From Octopus sinensis (lineage: Eukaryota): a DNA stretch of 31,585 nucleotides. The DNA lies in contig NW_021832187.1 of the NCBI RefSeq assembly GCF_006345805.1, positions 1-31,585 on the forward strand, given 5' to 3'. The notes beneath the pieces were generated by a model. The model saw only the letters and a list, made by a program, of their open reading frames with translations, ran no database searches and was not told the origin of the DNA. Shown here piece after piece: positions 10,080 to 21,267 of the stretch (position 1 is the first letter of the stretch; each line of letters starts with the position of its first letter). Both the position numbers and the translations under genes were made by a program.

Positions 10080-10318
10080 CAGTAATCCCTCGCCTTATCG
10101 CGGTACACCTAACGCGGTTCACATATAGCGGTTTATTATTTAAGCTTACGTCGTTTCCTCCCTTGTATTGCTTTGCATTTATAATAAAATAAATATATAC
10201 AAATTATAAGAATGATAAAAATATATATATACATTACAGTACCGTTTCTTCCTCGCGGATTTTCACTTATCGCGGGTGGTTTTGGAAAGTAACACCCGCA
10301 ATAGTCGAGGGATTACTG
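10080..10318. mobile_element. pogo/Tigger-like MITE
   Basis: TIR CAGTAATCCCTCG ... CGAGGGATTACTG, flanked by TA on both sides; 239 bp, non-coding. Confidence 0.85.
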
Positions 10319-10422
10319 TACCGTTTTAGTAATTGTGTAATACAAGGAAAATCGTGTTTTCTGAGAGCACAAACGAATCTGAAACTCTGGTTATTATTTT
10401 TTCCATTTACATATTTTTATGA

Positions 10423-10845
10423 AGGACTAGGAGTGGCTGTGTGGTAAGTAGCTTGTTTACCAACCACATGGTTCCGGGTTCAGTCCCACTGCGTGGCACC
10501 TTCGGCAAGTGTCTTTTACTATAGCCTCGGGCCGACAAAAGCCTTGTGAGTGGATTTGGTAGACGGAAACTGAAAGAAGCCTGTCGTATATATGTATATG
10601 TATGTATATGCGTGTGTGTGTTTGTGTGTCTGTGTTTGTCCCCCTAGCATTGCTTGACAACTGATGCTGGTGTTTTATGTCCCCGTTACTTAGCGGTTCG
10701 GCAAAAGAGACCGATAGAATAAGTACTGGGCTTACAAAAGAATAAGTCCCGGGGTCGAGTTGCTCGATTAAAGGCGGTGCTCCAGCTTGGCCGCAGTCAA
10801 ATGACTGAAACAAGTAAAAGAGAGTAAAGAGAGAGAGAGAGAGAC
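10423..10845 (+). mobile_element. SINE family A, full length
   Basis: Head GGAGTGGCTGTGTGGTAAG, B box, central microsatellite, 3' module and (GA)-rich tail. Confidence 0.92.
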
Positions 10846-11629
10846 TAAATGAATCTACATTCGTGTTTTTTGGATCACCTAAAAGGTTTTCATCACTTTT
10901 TGAAGACAGTTTATACAGACTGTTGTGAATTCCTCTGATTATATCGAATCTCATCCTTGCTCCCCCAGCAGAGTCCTGTATATACCCCACCCTCCAATTT
11001 CCAGGCCGTGTGCTTATAGAAGAAATGTATTTGTCACTTCGGTGTCTTTTTCTTAGGTAATGCTAACGCGCAGTCTTTACTTTTGTGATGGCTAAAAAAT
11101 AACAAAATACGAAGGCTTAGTGTTTGTAATCATAAAATATCCTTGTGCAGGAAAGCAAATTTCTTAATCAATTTAAGAATACATTTCGACCAATTCAATT
11201 TGTACACTTTAATTTCAATACTTAATTCCAACTTAAAGGGAAATATAAATACAAGAGAAGGTAAACTTGAACGATTTATCAGTCTCCCAAGACTCTTATC
11301 GATAAAAGTAGAATAAGAATCGATAACAAAGTGTGAGCTTTATTGCACTATGAATTCAATAAATAAATATATAAACACCGAATCTTTAACGGATTATTAA
11401 CCCACTATAGACAGATATATGAAAATAGTTATATCAAACAAACAAATGTGTTTACACGATCAATATTTGACAATAATCTTTGAATATCTCTACAGGATCT
11501 GAGAAAGTAAAAAACAAAAAATAAAAGATGAAATAAGAAATATGTAAAAAGCGATGACGGCAAAGATGTGTTTGCTACATATTAGCAAAAATGATTGCAT
11601 TGAAAACGTAACAGCTTATAGTTTACACA

Positions 11630-11762
11630 CTAACACACACACACACACACACAACACACACACACACACACACACATACACACACATACACACACACACA
11701 CACTAACACACACACACACACATACACACACACACACACACACACCACACACACACACACAC
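11630..11762. repeat. (CA)n microsatellite
   Basis: Visible directly in the sequence. Confidence 0.95.
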
Positions 11763-11900
11763 TCGTAAATCTGTTTTGTCTTTCACTAATTTCTTTCCTT
11801 ACAACTTTTCCCCGAAGAAGGATTGTGTCCGTAACTTTGATTTATGCCACTACTTACGCCAAATTCAGTATACACGTTTTATAGAGCTTTCTACACGATA

Positions 11901-11932
<32 letters not shown>

Positions 11933-11933
<1 letters not shown>

Positions 11934-12205
11934 GGCTTAGTGGTTAGGGAATTCGGCTCACGATCGCAAAGTCGTGAGTTCGATTCCCGGCGATGCGCTG
12001 TGTCCCTGATCGCGACACTTTATTTCACGTTGCTCCAGTCCACTCAGCTGGCAAAAATAAGTAGTACCTGTATTTCAAAGGGCCAGCCTTGTCAAACGCT
12101 GTGTCATGTTGAATCTCCCTGAGAACTACGGTAAGGGTACTACGGTAAGGGTGCTTCGTTGATAGTATCAGCTGGGACCCTCGTCGTTGTAACCGACAGA
12201 GTGCT
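11933..12205 (+). mobile_element. SINE family C
   Basis: TGGCTTAGTGGTTAGG (A box) and GAGTTCGATTCCC (B box). Homologous to 24421-24730. Confidence 0.88.
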
Positions 12206-12234
12206 CCTCGTATATTATTTTATTCTTGTATTAT

Positions 12235-12388
12235 TTCGCTTGTTTCAATCATTTGACTGCGGCTATGCTGGAGCACTGCCTTTAGTCGAGCAAATCGACC
12301 CCTGGACTTATTCTTTGTAAACCTAGTATTTTATAGGTCATTTTTGCCGAACCGCTAAGTTACAGGGAGGGAAACACCTCAGCATCTG

Positions 12389-12390
<2 letters not shown>
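12235..12390 (-). mobile_element. SINE family A 3' module
   Basis: CTTGTTTCAATCATTTGACTGCGGCTATGCTGGAGCAC... Confidence 0.8.
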
Positions 12391-12442
<52 letters not shown>

Positions 12443-12444
12443 TA

Positions 12445-12677
12445 CACCAGAGCAGCACATAAATGCGAAACAAGGCGGAAAAATAGTACACGAATACCAG
12501 AGGTACAGTACTATGCTTTATTAAAAAGCAGCATAAATATCACAAGAACTGTTACTCAAAGTTTCACGTTCCCGTTCGTTTAGATTCTAAACAAAACTCC
12601 GACGAACGGGAACGTGGTGAAACTCTGAGTAACAGTTTTTGTTGTATTTCTGCTGCTTTTTAATAAAGTATATAGTA
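12445..12677. mobile_element. Asymmetric fold-back of Penelope-like terminus (family H2)
   Basis: Inverted arms about 12509-12579 and 12602-12677; the left arm extends to 12445 and abuts (TA)n. A homologous fragment lies at 27994-28053. Confidence 0.7.
12593..12637 (+). ncRNA. Degenerate minimal hammerhead motif (H2)
   Basis: [CCGACGA] ACG-GGAA-CGT (ggt insertion) [GAA] ACTC-T-GAGT A | ACAGTT. Stem I is damaged and there is a 3-nt insertion, so this copy is probably inactive. Confidence 0.45.
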
Positions 12678-12862
12678 TTACCAGCCGAAATTGCAAAGAC
12701 AATCTGGAACTCGACTGAGGAAAGAAAACTTCGAATGACCCGTCCGTGTTTTTTTGTTGTCCCTCTTTTGTATCATCTGTCTGTATGTTTTGTTGTCCTT
12801 TTTTTGTATCATCTAGCTGTCTGGATGCTTTGCGTTCTTGTCCCATTTTTTGTATTCCTTTT
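12678..12862 (+). repeat. Repeat family X-related copy
   Basis: CAGCCGAAATTGC...GACTGAGGA...CTTCGAATGACCCGTCC...GCGTTCTTGTCCC. Near-duplicate at 13470-13600. Confidence 0.7.
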
Positions 12863-13389
12863 TATATACACATGGCGGCGTACGTACACTTTGGTCTCAT
12901 ATATAAGTACATCTATATGTATATATCTAAATTTTGTACGATTGTCTTATTCTTTCATTCTTTCTTTCTATCAGCCCCTTCACTCTTAATTCATTCTTTT
13001 CACTCTTCGTTCTTTCGTTCCCCCTCACATTTCCTAACTTTCTCTTCATTCTCACCTTTCCTCCTCTTTCACTTCATTCTCTCCCTTTTTTCTCGCCCCT
13101 CCCTAATTCTTCTGTCCCTCGGCCTCTACCTCTCTTCTTTCTCCCCACGTGACCGATGTTCGGCCAAGCTTGACCTTTCTTTTTTGGTTCGACTACCATC
13201 TGTGCAACATCTATATTCCTCGCCATGCCTGTTGTCTCTTATGTCCCTGCCGTGAGGCTTCACTTTCACACACACCAGCTTAATTTAATTCGTCCTTAGT
13301 CGAAAGACACCTGTTGTTATGTCCTGTTATTTACATTTGTATTTGTGTAACATTTCTCCGATTTTTTTTCCGTACTTGTTTTCGTATAC

Positions 13390-13600
13390 ATTCACTGCTT
13401 TCTTCCAAGGAATCTAATGCTCTTAGCTCAGGTTTTCCTTGGGGCTGGCCAAATTGGAGTAATCTCAAGTATAACCAGCCGGAATTGCAAAGATAATCTG
13501 GAACTCGACTGAGGAAAGAAAACTTCGAATGATCCGTCCGTGTTTTTTCTTGCCCTTCTTTTGTATTATCTGTTTGGATGTTTTGGGTTCTTGTACACAC
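13390..13600 (+). repeat. Repeat family X-related copy
   Basis: Shares about 130 bp with 12678-12862. Confidence 0.65.
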
Positions 13601-14366
13601 ACGTATATTCTTTTATAACACACACACACACACACACACATACACACACTATAGCTTTGGCTCAGCATACAACTTTCGCATCATAAAAAACTCATAATGC
13701 AAATCATACTGCATGGCTAATAAACCCTGAAATATATATAACCAACTGATAAAAATATATACTCGGTAGTAGAGAAATTAATCTTCTCAGTACGGCGAGC
13801 CATAGCTTCCATGTGAAGCCTATGGTATGGTATCTATACAAGCGGTTATATTAGCGATAACGTATTAACGGACAAAGAGAGCTGTATGAGTTAAATCACA
13901 TATTCTTTGTAATTTTTTAGTGATAGATCTATGAAATCTGTCTTTCACTGTATTTTTAGGTTTTTTTTTCCATTGATAAGCTAAATTCCCCCTTCGCTTT
14001 ATTAGAAAATTGTGCGTAGGTTGGAAGCTCCTTACATACGTTTAGAAAAAGCTCATTATTGATATCGAGTTTTCTTCCAGCATGTATGTATGTCTTTTGA
14101 CAGTATGTATACAAAAAACTACACACTTCATATCGGAAGCATTATTACTAGAAATGAACTGAGGAACCTTAATGGAAGCAGGAACAAAAAACTCAGTAAC
14201 TAAAAAATAAAACAAGTATATCATCGTGATTTCAATACGTGACTAATTAAAAGTTGTTCATTCCATATATATATATATATATAATATAATATAATATAAT
14301 ATAATATAATATAATATAATATAAATAATATATAAATATATGCATATATACATACATATATGTACA

Positions 14367-14479
14367 TACCTACATATATATGTATATATACATGCATATA
14401 TGGGTACAGGACATAAAAAAACGTTGAACACATGAGAAACGAAACCATAAAAGCTATATATAAACACTAACTATTGCAC

Positions 14480-14511
<32 letters not shown>

Positions 14512-14601
14512 CTTTTATGGTTTCTTTTCTCATTGTGTTCAACGTTTTTTTTTATGTCTTGTACCCATATATGCATGTATATATACATATATATGTAGGT
14601 A
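14367..14601. repeat. Inverted repeat, ~95-bp arms, 46-nt spacer
   Basis: Arms 14367-14460 and 14507-14601 (GGGTACAGGACAT...CCATAAAAGCTATA / TATAGCTTTTATGG...ATGTCTTGTACCC). Confidence 0.85.
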
Positions 14602-14620
14602 TTACATATATATGTATATA

Positions 14621-14715
<95 letters not shown>

Positions 14716-14725
14716 GTATATATAT

Positions 14726-14980
14726 TGCAATAGTCTAGTGTTCAAAGGCCCACTGATCTTCAATGCCTGCCACGAAAATTAAGAAATATTCACAAGATGT
14801 AATGTAAGTAGATATCTTCAAAAGGGAACTCATGACGGGTCGTTGGTTCATCCGGTATTGTAGAGAGGAGGATGGCTATTCCCTTTTGAAGATATCTACT
14901 ACATTACATCTTGTGAATATTTCTTAATTTTTGTGCAGGACATTGAAGAGCAGTGGGCCTTTGAACACTAGACTATTGCA
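14726..14980. repeat. Fold-back built from the 3' coding end of the neighbouring CR1/L2-like LINE
   Basis: Arms 14726-14828 and 14879-14980 with a 50-nt spacer. 14829-14984 is a direct repeat of 15447-15606. (TA)n on both sides. Confidence 0.85.
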
Positions 14981-14991
14981 GTATATATATA

Positions 14992-15022
<31 letters not shown>

Positions 15023-15209
15023 GATATATATATTATATATATATATATATATAATATATAGATATATATATATATATATGTGTGTGTATATAAATACATA
15101 CATACATATACATACATATACATACGCCCACACATTCACACACACACACAACACATATATATCCCCATTTAAATTATATATATAGATATATATATGTATA
15201 TATATATAG

Positions 15210-15264
<55 letters not shown>

Positions 15265-15360
15265 TTTTATTGTTTTAACCATTTCAACCATGCGGCTGCG
15301 ATCATCCTGGAACACCACCGTGGTGTTTTTTTTTTAATTTCCTCAGTCTGGGGTGTTTCA

Positions 15361-15670
15361 CACCACTATTCCTATATGTGCCTTTGTGCCAGCTGTTGGC
15401 CTGTTTGGTGTATAAAGGAGTTTGATTCCGCTGCCCTCGTCCGCATCTCATGACGAGTCGTTGGTTCATCCGGTATTGTAGAGAGGAGGATGGCTAGTTC
15501 CCTTTTGAAGATATCTACTTACATTACATCTTGTGAATATTTCTTAATTTTTGTGCAGGACATTGAAGAGCAGTGGGCCTTTGAACACTAGACTATTGCA
15601 GTATATAGTCTTGAATTTAGTGAATGGGACCTTTGGTACAATACAATGACTGTTTGAAAAAGTTACGATT
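15361..15670 (-). mobile_element. Decayed CR1/L2-like LINE, ORF2 C-terminus
   Basis: Minus strand: [32 protein letters not shown], then after a frameshift VDIFKRELAILLSTIPDEPTTRHEMRTRAAESNSFIHQ. This matches the recalled NS..F.GP.LFN.LP...FK..LD..L..IPDEP...RAA.SNS terminus. It may extend to about 15920. Confidence 0.7.
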
Positions 15671-15949
15671 ATCTTTAGAAGGAAGAATACTTAACTGATC
15701 TAGGTGCTAACTTTCTTGAAATAAATTGAATTTATGTACTCAAAATGTTCTTTCAATTCTCCCTGTTGTTACATTTCTCCTTGCTCCACTTTATCAGCTT
15801 GGGATATGTAATGGCTTCCTTAAGAACACTAGATGTTCTTGTTCTTGCATGATTGCCAAATAAGACTTCGCTATAATATGTCCAAAATTTTCTGACGTGT
15901 TTTAATATGTATATTTCTCACACATATTGTAAGCAAAACTTATGATTTA

Positions 15950-16780
15950 TATATTGTATTAAATCTTTTATATTTATATAGGTTAAATTATTTCATATAT
16001 TAAAAGTTAAATATCAAAGATATTAATCATTTTGGGATGGATGCATTGTGTAAATTTAAATTTAGATTAAATTGAAGAATTTGGCTACGTCTTTCCTACA
16101 TTTATCGGATTAAGGACAGTTGATTATTTGGGGAAGATATAAGACGCCATCTCGTTAAATTATCCGTTAAAGATTTGAGCTTATTGTACTACTCTTAAGA
16201 TATACACACCAAGTAAATTTGCGATTTCTCTTCAATGTCTGATCCATATAGCATTATAAAATTAAAGAATGCATTAACTACTTGTATATCATCATTTATT
16301 AAAGTTACATAGTTTTGGAAAATCGATGGCTTTTAAAATAGAAGTTTTGTTATGGATACCTAATAAGCAATTTTAAAAATTTGATCAACAAGCTATTCGC
16401 TAATTATAAATGTTTCTAATCTAAATTGTGTCAATGATGCAAAGTGTTAATGTAGAAAATTCCTACATGATCTTGATAATTTTGTTGAAGATGTTTTGTA
16501 TATTATAGATGAATTTCTTCATAATTATTAATAATGCCGTTTGTTGGTAGATTGTTATCAGTGAATTAATTTATTTCTTGTACTATTTTGTGTTATTTGT
16601 TTTCAGAAATATGCTGGAAGGTGCAGTCTAATTCTTCGAAATTAGTATTCTTCACCTTATTCAAAATATTCCTTTCGAAAGGCTCAAGTATTTTATGACT
16701 AGTGGACATTTTCTGGCATTGAAATAGAATTTAGTTTCTTTCTATTCCGTTTTTTTTTCGTGCTCTTTATCGAGAAAGTT
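15950..16780 (-). mobile_element. Highly decayed Penelope-like (PLE) reverse transcriptase ORF
   Basis: Minus-strand segments across frameshifts, in the expected order: LEPFERNILNKVKNTNF; SITK...NYVTLINDDIQVV; EIANLLGVYIL; RDGVL; DKCRKDVAKFF; INIFDI; QYINHK. Alignment is by eye only. Confidence 0.5.
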
Positions 16781-17474
16781 TGCCTTTGAGCACGTTTTCT
16801 TAACTAGGTCTTGTCTGTGTTGATTAGCCATTGTTAAAACGTATTTGTGCTATACAATGGCAATGTCTTCGGTAAAAAAATATATTAAAGGAGTGTGCAT
16901 TGATAACCTGTTATGCATAAAATGTAAAGACAGTTCAAGTGATAATATGAGAAATAAAATATCTAGCTATTAATAAAAAAATATATAATATGCCACACTC
17001 TTCTTTGAATTTGTATACATATATACTATCAATTGGGAATTAATTTGTACTGCAAAACCCAACAGACCTGGAACTAAAAAATGTGACTTATTTATAGAAG
17101 AATTTTACCAAAGTTTTATGTCTAAGGGTAATGTAATAACTTTTAGACGGGAGCAAGCTTTCAGATTCTTCCGCATGAGGAAATTCACATTTGCCCAGTA
17201 TAAATGAATAATAAATATTCAAACAACAGTGTTTTGAAATAAAGAACTATATGTGATTATCCAATCAAAACTTGAATTAAAGATAGTTCGCGCCTAACAT
17301 AGCGAAAAACTCTACATCAAACAACACAGAAAAGATAAACGAAAATTTCAAAGCAGTTAAATCGAAGGATATTAAGTAAAATCTCTGCAGAAACTGCATC
17401 GGTATTATAGTAGAATTGCAGTTGCAATGGTTATTAATCGGTGCGGTTGAAACAAGTGTAGGTCTATGTAAAGC

Positions 17475-17505
<31 letters not shown>

Positions 17506-17506
<1 letters not shown>

Positions 17507-17717
17507 CTCTTTTACTCTTTCACTTGTTTCAGTCATTTGACTGCGGCCATGCTGGAGCACCACCTTTAGTCGAGCAAATCGACTCCGGGACTTATTCTTT
17601 GTAAGCCCAGTACTTATTCTATCGGTCTCCTTTGCCGAACCGCTAAGTGACGGGGACGTAAACACACCAGCATCGGTTGTCAAGCAATGCTAGGGGGACA
17701 AACACAGACACACAAAC

Positions 17718-17748
<31 letters not shown>

Positions 17749-17878
17749 TATATATACATATATACGACAGGCTCTTTCAGTTTCCGTCTACCACCAAATC
17801 CACTCACAATGCATTGGTCGGCCCGGGGCTATAGCAGAAGACACTTGCCCAAGATGCCACGCAGTGGGACTGAACCCG
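17506..17878 (-). mobile_element. SINE family A, nearly full length
   Basis: Reverse complement of the 10423 and 25182 copies; the extreme 5' head is missing. Confidence 0.9.
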
Positions 17879-18112
17879 CGACCATTAAAACGAATTAAAG
17901 GCAATGTTATGCCACTACGTAATAAATTTTATTATTATTACTGTTGACTCCAGGACAACTATTTGGTTGAGGTAATATATTCAAAATTATCTAACGGAAT
18001 ATATCACTAAATTCTTATTTTATATGAGAATATTGTTGGAGTGCCTATTTTAAATACCTAACCGAGAACAAACTGGTAAACGTTTGGAGTAATTCTTTAC
18101 TATTAACGCACA

Positions 18113-18162
<50 letters not shown>

Positions 18163-18299
18163 ACACAAAGAGACTGTCAGAGTGATGTGGACCTCTCTGA
18201 TAAGAACCCAAGAAGGTTTGAAAATTGATTAAGGTTGTTAACGGCGGTGCATCAGCATGGCCGCAGCTCTGAGCTGAAACTAGAGAAAAAAATATATAG

Positions 18300-18311
18300 A
18301 AAGATAGATGA

Positions 18312-18383
<72 letters not shown>

Positions 18384-18385
18384 TA
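18300..18385. repeat. (GATA)n microsatellite
   Basis: Visible directly in the sequence. Confidence 0.95.
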
Positions 18386-18484
18386 GATATTGTGTTGGAT
18401 ACCTGTTGCTTACGAAACGGAAGAGACGCTGAAATCAGGTGACGCAACATTTCCGAAACCGGGTGCTTGATGCTTCTCGTCTGC

Positions 18485-18566
<82 letters not shown>

Positions 18567-18628
18567 ATATTATATATAATATATATATATATACATATAT
18601 ATATATTATATATTATATACATATATAT

Positions 18629-18660
<32 letters not shown>

Positions 18661-18760
18661 GCAAATATATACATACATATATATACATACATATGCATTC
18701 ATACATGCACACACATAGACACCCTCAAGCACACATACACACACACACTTACAGACACAC

Positions 18761-19190
18761 ACTAGCTGAGTATCCCATCGTTGCCGCTCAATTTTTTCAG
18801 TAGAATGCTTTTATTTATTTAATCATTTTTTTTTGTTTTATGTCCGACTATGGAAATATTTCTACATTATTTGGGGCAATTTACAACGTATCGATAAACT
18901 AAATTTGTGTCCATTCATTTGGTGCATAGATATAGATAAAGACCCTTCTTAGCTTGCTGCTGGTGCTTAGAGAGGGTCTTTCAACTCTGTTGCCCTAATG
19001 AAATTTTTTACACACGCGCATATACACACATACTGTCACACACACATTTACACACGCATACACACACAGTGTGAGCGATATACGTGGAAACTGAAAGAGT
19101 GTAGCAAATATTTATCGAGTGGATGAAAGTTTATAATGCGAAAAGCGTAAAAAAATGAGATAGACAGACAGATAGATAGATACACAGATA

Positions 19191-19263
<73 letters not shown>

Positions 19264-19295
19264 AGGAGAGGTCACGTTTAGCTTATGTATATAAA
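18761..19295 (+). mobile_element. Possible decayed non-autonomous Helitron/Helentron-like element
   Basis: Starts ACTAGCTGAGTATCCCATCGTTGCC, resembling ACTAG...CCCG.CGTTGC.CGGG termini, and has an internal (GACA)/(GATA)/(GA) tract. No second copy in the window. Confidence 0.25.
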
Positions 19296-19357
19296 TATAT
19301 ATATATGTGTGTAATTATATCAATGACGGTCTTTGCAACAAGTTGCTAGACCACATA

Positions 19358-19399
<42 letters not shown>

Positions 19400-19469
19400 C
19401 ATACATACATACATACACACACAAACACGTTTTCTCGTCCTCTTTTTACCTTTCATTCTTTCAATATGT

Positions 19470-19661
19470 GACCGCCTGTGTATCGTTGGCGATTTTTTTT
19501 TCTCCATCTTCCCTTCCTTGGATCTTTCCTTTTCCTATGTTTCTGATGAAGAGCTCCGCTGGAAACGTTAAATCCTCTTTCTTTCTTTCCTTTCCTGAGC
19601 GTACAAAACACTATATTTGCTCCACGTCCTTGTGTTGTTGTGTTTTCATGTTTGAATTAAC

Positions 19662-19662
<1 letters not shown>
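19470..19662 (+). mobile_element. Penelope-like terminus, hammerhead family H1
   Basis: Homologous to the minus-strand copy at 28232-28400 and ends at (TA)n. Confidence 0.75.
19539..19573 (+). ncRNA. Minimal type I hammerhead motif (H1)
   Basis: GTTT [CTGATGA] A GAGC-TCC-GCTg [GAA] ACGT T | AAAT. Canonical core, but the closing pair of stem II is mutated (C11.1 to G). Confidence 0.6.
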
Positions 19663-19731
<69 letters not shown>

Positions 19732-20172
19732 CTAATGTAGGATTAAAATTTTTAAAGGTTAAAGTTATAAATAATTTACAAGATAAGGGCAAAAGAAAAA
19801 TTCTAATGCCAAATATGCCGAAACAAAAAATTGTCGATAACCATTATAATTTATGCGTCTCGAAACAAACCGATAGAAATCTCTAAAAAATTCGTTATTA
19901 CCGTATTGGTCCAATTTCGGGGTTAACTCATAAGAAAAGTTTCCCCTCTTCAGCGGCAAATAGGCGAGATATAAGTGAAATACTTACTCATACCCACGGA
20001 AAAAGCAAGCACTAAGTCCCGAGCAGACCTAAGTACCTCAAATATATCCAAAATAGAAAAATCTTCGGCACATCTCGAGACACGCGTGATTCGAACTAGA
20101 AACTTTCACAGAGTGATAGAATCCGGAAGTGAATACTAATCAATTTATAACTAATGTAGGATAAAATTGCCC

Positions 20173-20265
20173 TTCTTCTTCTTCTTCTTCTTCTTCTTCT
20201 TCTTCTTCTTCTCTTCTTCTATCCTCCTCCTCCTCCCCTCCTCCTCCTCCTCCTTCTTCTTCTTC
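20173..20265. repeat. (CTT)n/(CCT)n microsatellite
   Basis: Visible directly in the sequence. Confidence 0.95.
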
Positions 20266-20534
20266 CCTACGACCTCGAACCCACAAGAGTAAACAATAGA
20301 GACAGAGACAGGCAGAAACAAGGCAAATGCCCCTTGTATTTGAATACTATGCAAATATTCTTTTAAAAAAACTTTTCTTTTAAGTTTTCTAAATTTAATT
20401 ATTTAATTGTTACAGTTGAAAAAGTCTCAATGACTGGAACCGGTACTGAAATGTTTTTTATAAAATAATTTTAGCATTTTCTATCTTAACTTGTTTTTCC
20501 ATATATATATATATGTGTAAAAAATATAGATAAA

Positions 20535-20665
20535 AAAATACAAAATGGGACAAGAACGCAAAACATTCAAATAGACGACACAAAAAACGGACGGGTCATC
20601 TGAAGCCTCTAATCTTCAGTCAAGAACCGGATCATCCTCGCAATTTCGGCCGATTAATCTTAAAC
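20535..20665 (-). repeat. Repeat family X copy
   Basis: Homologous to both arms of 7697-7960 and abuts (TA)n. Confidence 0.75.
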
Positions 20666-20710
20666 AGGAAAGGAAATCCTTCAAAGTGGCGTATTAAACT
20701 TTTAATTCAC

Positions 20711-20830
20711 TGGCTTTCTTTAAGTTTCCGTGTACCAAATCCACTCACAACGCTTTAGTCGGCCCGAGGATATAGTAGAAGACACTTCCCCAAGGTGTCG
20801 GAAACTGAAAGAAGCCCGTCGTATATATGT
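20711..20830. mobile_element. SINE family A fragments joined in inverted orientation
   Basis: Minus fragment 20711-20798 is fused to the plus fragment GGAAACTGAAAGAAGCCCGTCG at 20799. Confidence 0.7.
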
Positions 20831-20891
20831 GTGAGTGTATATATATTATATATATATATATAGGAAAAAAGCAACAAGAATGGATTAAAAT

Positions 20892-20977
20892 CTCGGTACG
20901 ATCGTTTCGTACGAGGACATCTTTAATAAGCTACAAAAAATGCAGTGAATACAGGTGGCTCGTACTCGTCAGCCGAA
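20892..20977 (-). ncRNA. Type I hammerhead ribozyme with intact core (H5)
   Basis: Minus strand: TTCGG [CTGACGA] GTACGAG-(43 nt)-CTCGTAC [GAA] ACGATCGT A | CCGAG. Confidence 0.78.
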
Positions 20978-21181
20978 AAAAATTTTGCATGACTGTATCC
21001 GAAAATTTCTTCATACAACTTGATCAAATATTCAATATGAGCTATATGTAAACATGCATAAATTCTATAGGTTTAAAACCTTTCATCAGATCTCCATGAA
21101 TCGAACTTTCTTCAATGCAGTTAATCCTACAACCTCTTTTATATCTACCCCTTTTGATGTTTGGGAATTCTCTGATATTTT

Positions 21182-21267
21182 TTCGGCTGACGAGTACGAG
21201 CCACCTGTATTCACTGCATTTTTTGTACCTTATTAAAGATGTCCTCGTACGAAACGATCGTACCGAG
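21182..21267 (+). ncRNA. Type I hammerhead ribozyme with intact core (H5)
   Basis: TTCGG (21182-86), CTGACGA (21187-93), 7-bp stem II (21194-200/21244-50), GAAA (21251-54), palindrome ACGATCGT, GUA triplet with predicted cut after 21262, CCGAG (21263-67). Confidence 0.8.

Noticed and set aside
10457-10990. 177-aa minus-strand ORF and similar ORFs at 679, 9380, 17405, 25011 and 25687
   Set aside because: These are antisense translations of SINE A or B; the same peptides recur at each SINE copy.
14090-14215. Possible short exon after TTTTGACAG
   Set aside because: Only about 32 codons before a stop, no recognisable domain and no convincing donor site.
15361-15670. Initial reading as the GIY-YIG end of the Penelope-like ORF
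   Set aside because: Translation fits a CR1/L2-type ORF2 C-terminus (GP.LFN.L, IPDEP, RAA.SNS) much better.
18410-18480. CCGAAACCGGG resembling a newt-type hammerhead 3' half
   Set aside because: No CUGANGA-like strand at the right distance, imperfect palindrome, single copy.
21055-21100. Minus-strand CTGATGA followed by the hairpin AGGTT/AACCT in the H5 spacer
   Set aside because: The GAA is displaced by three bases and neither helix III nor stem I forms.
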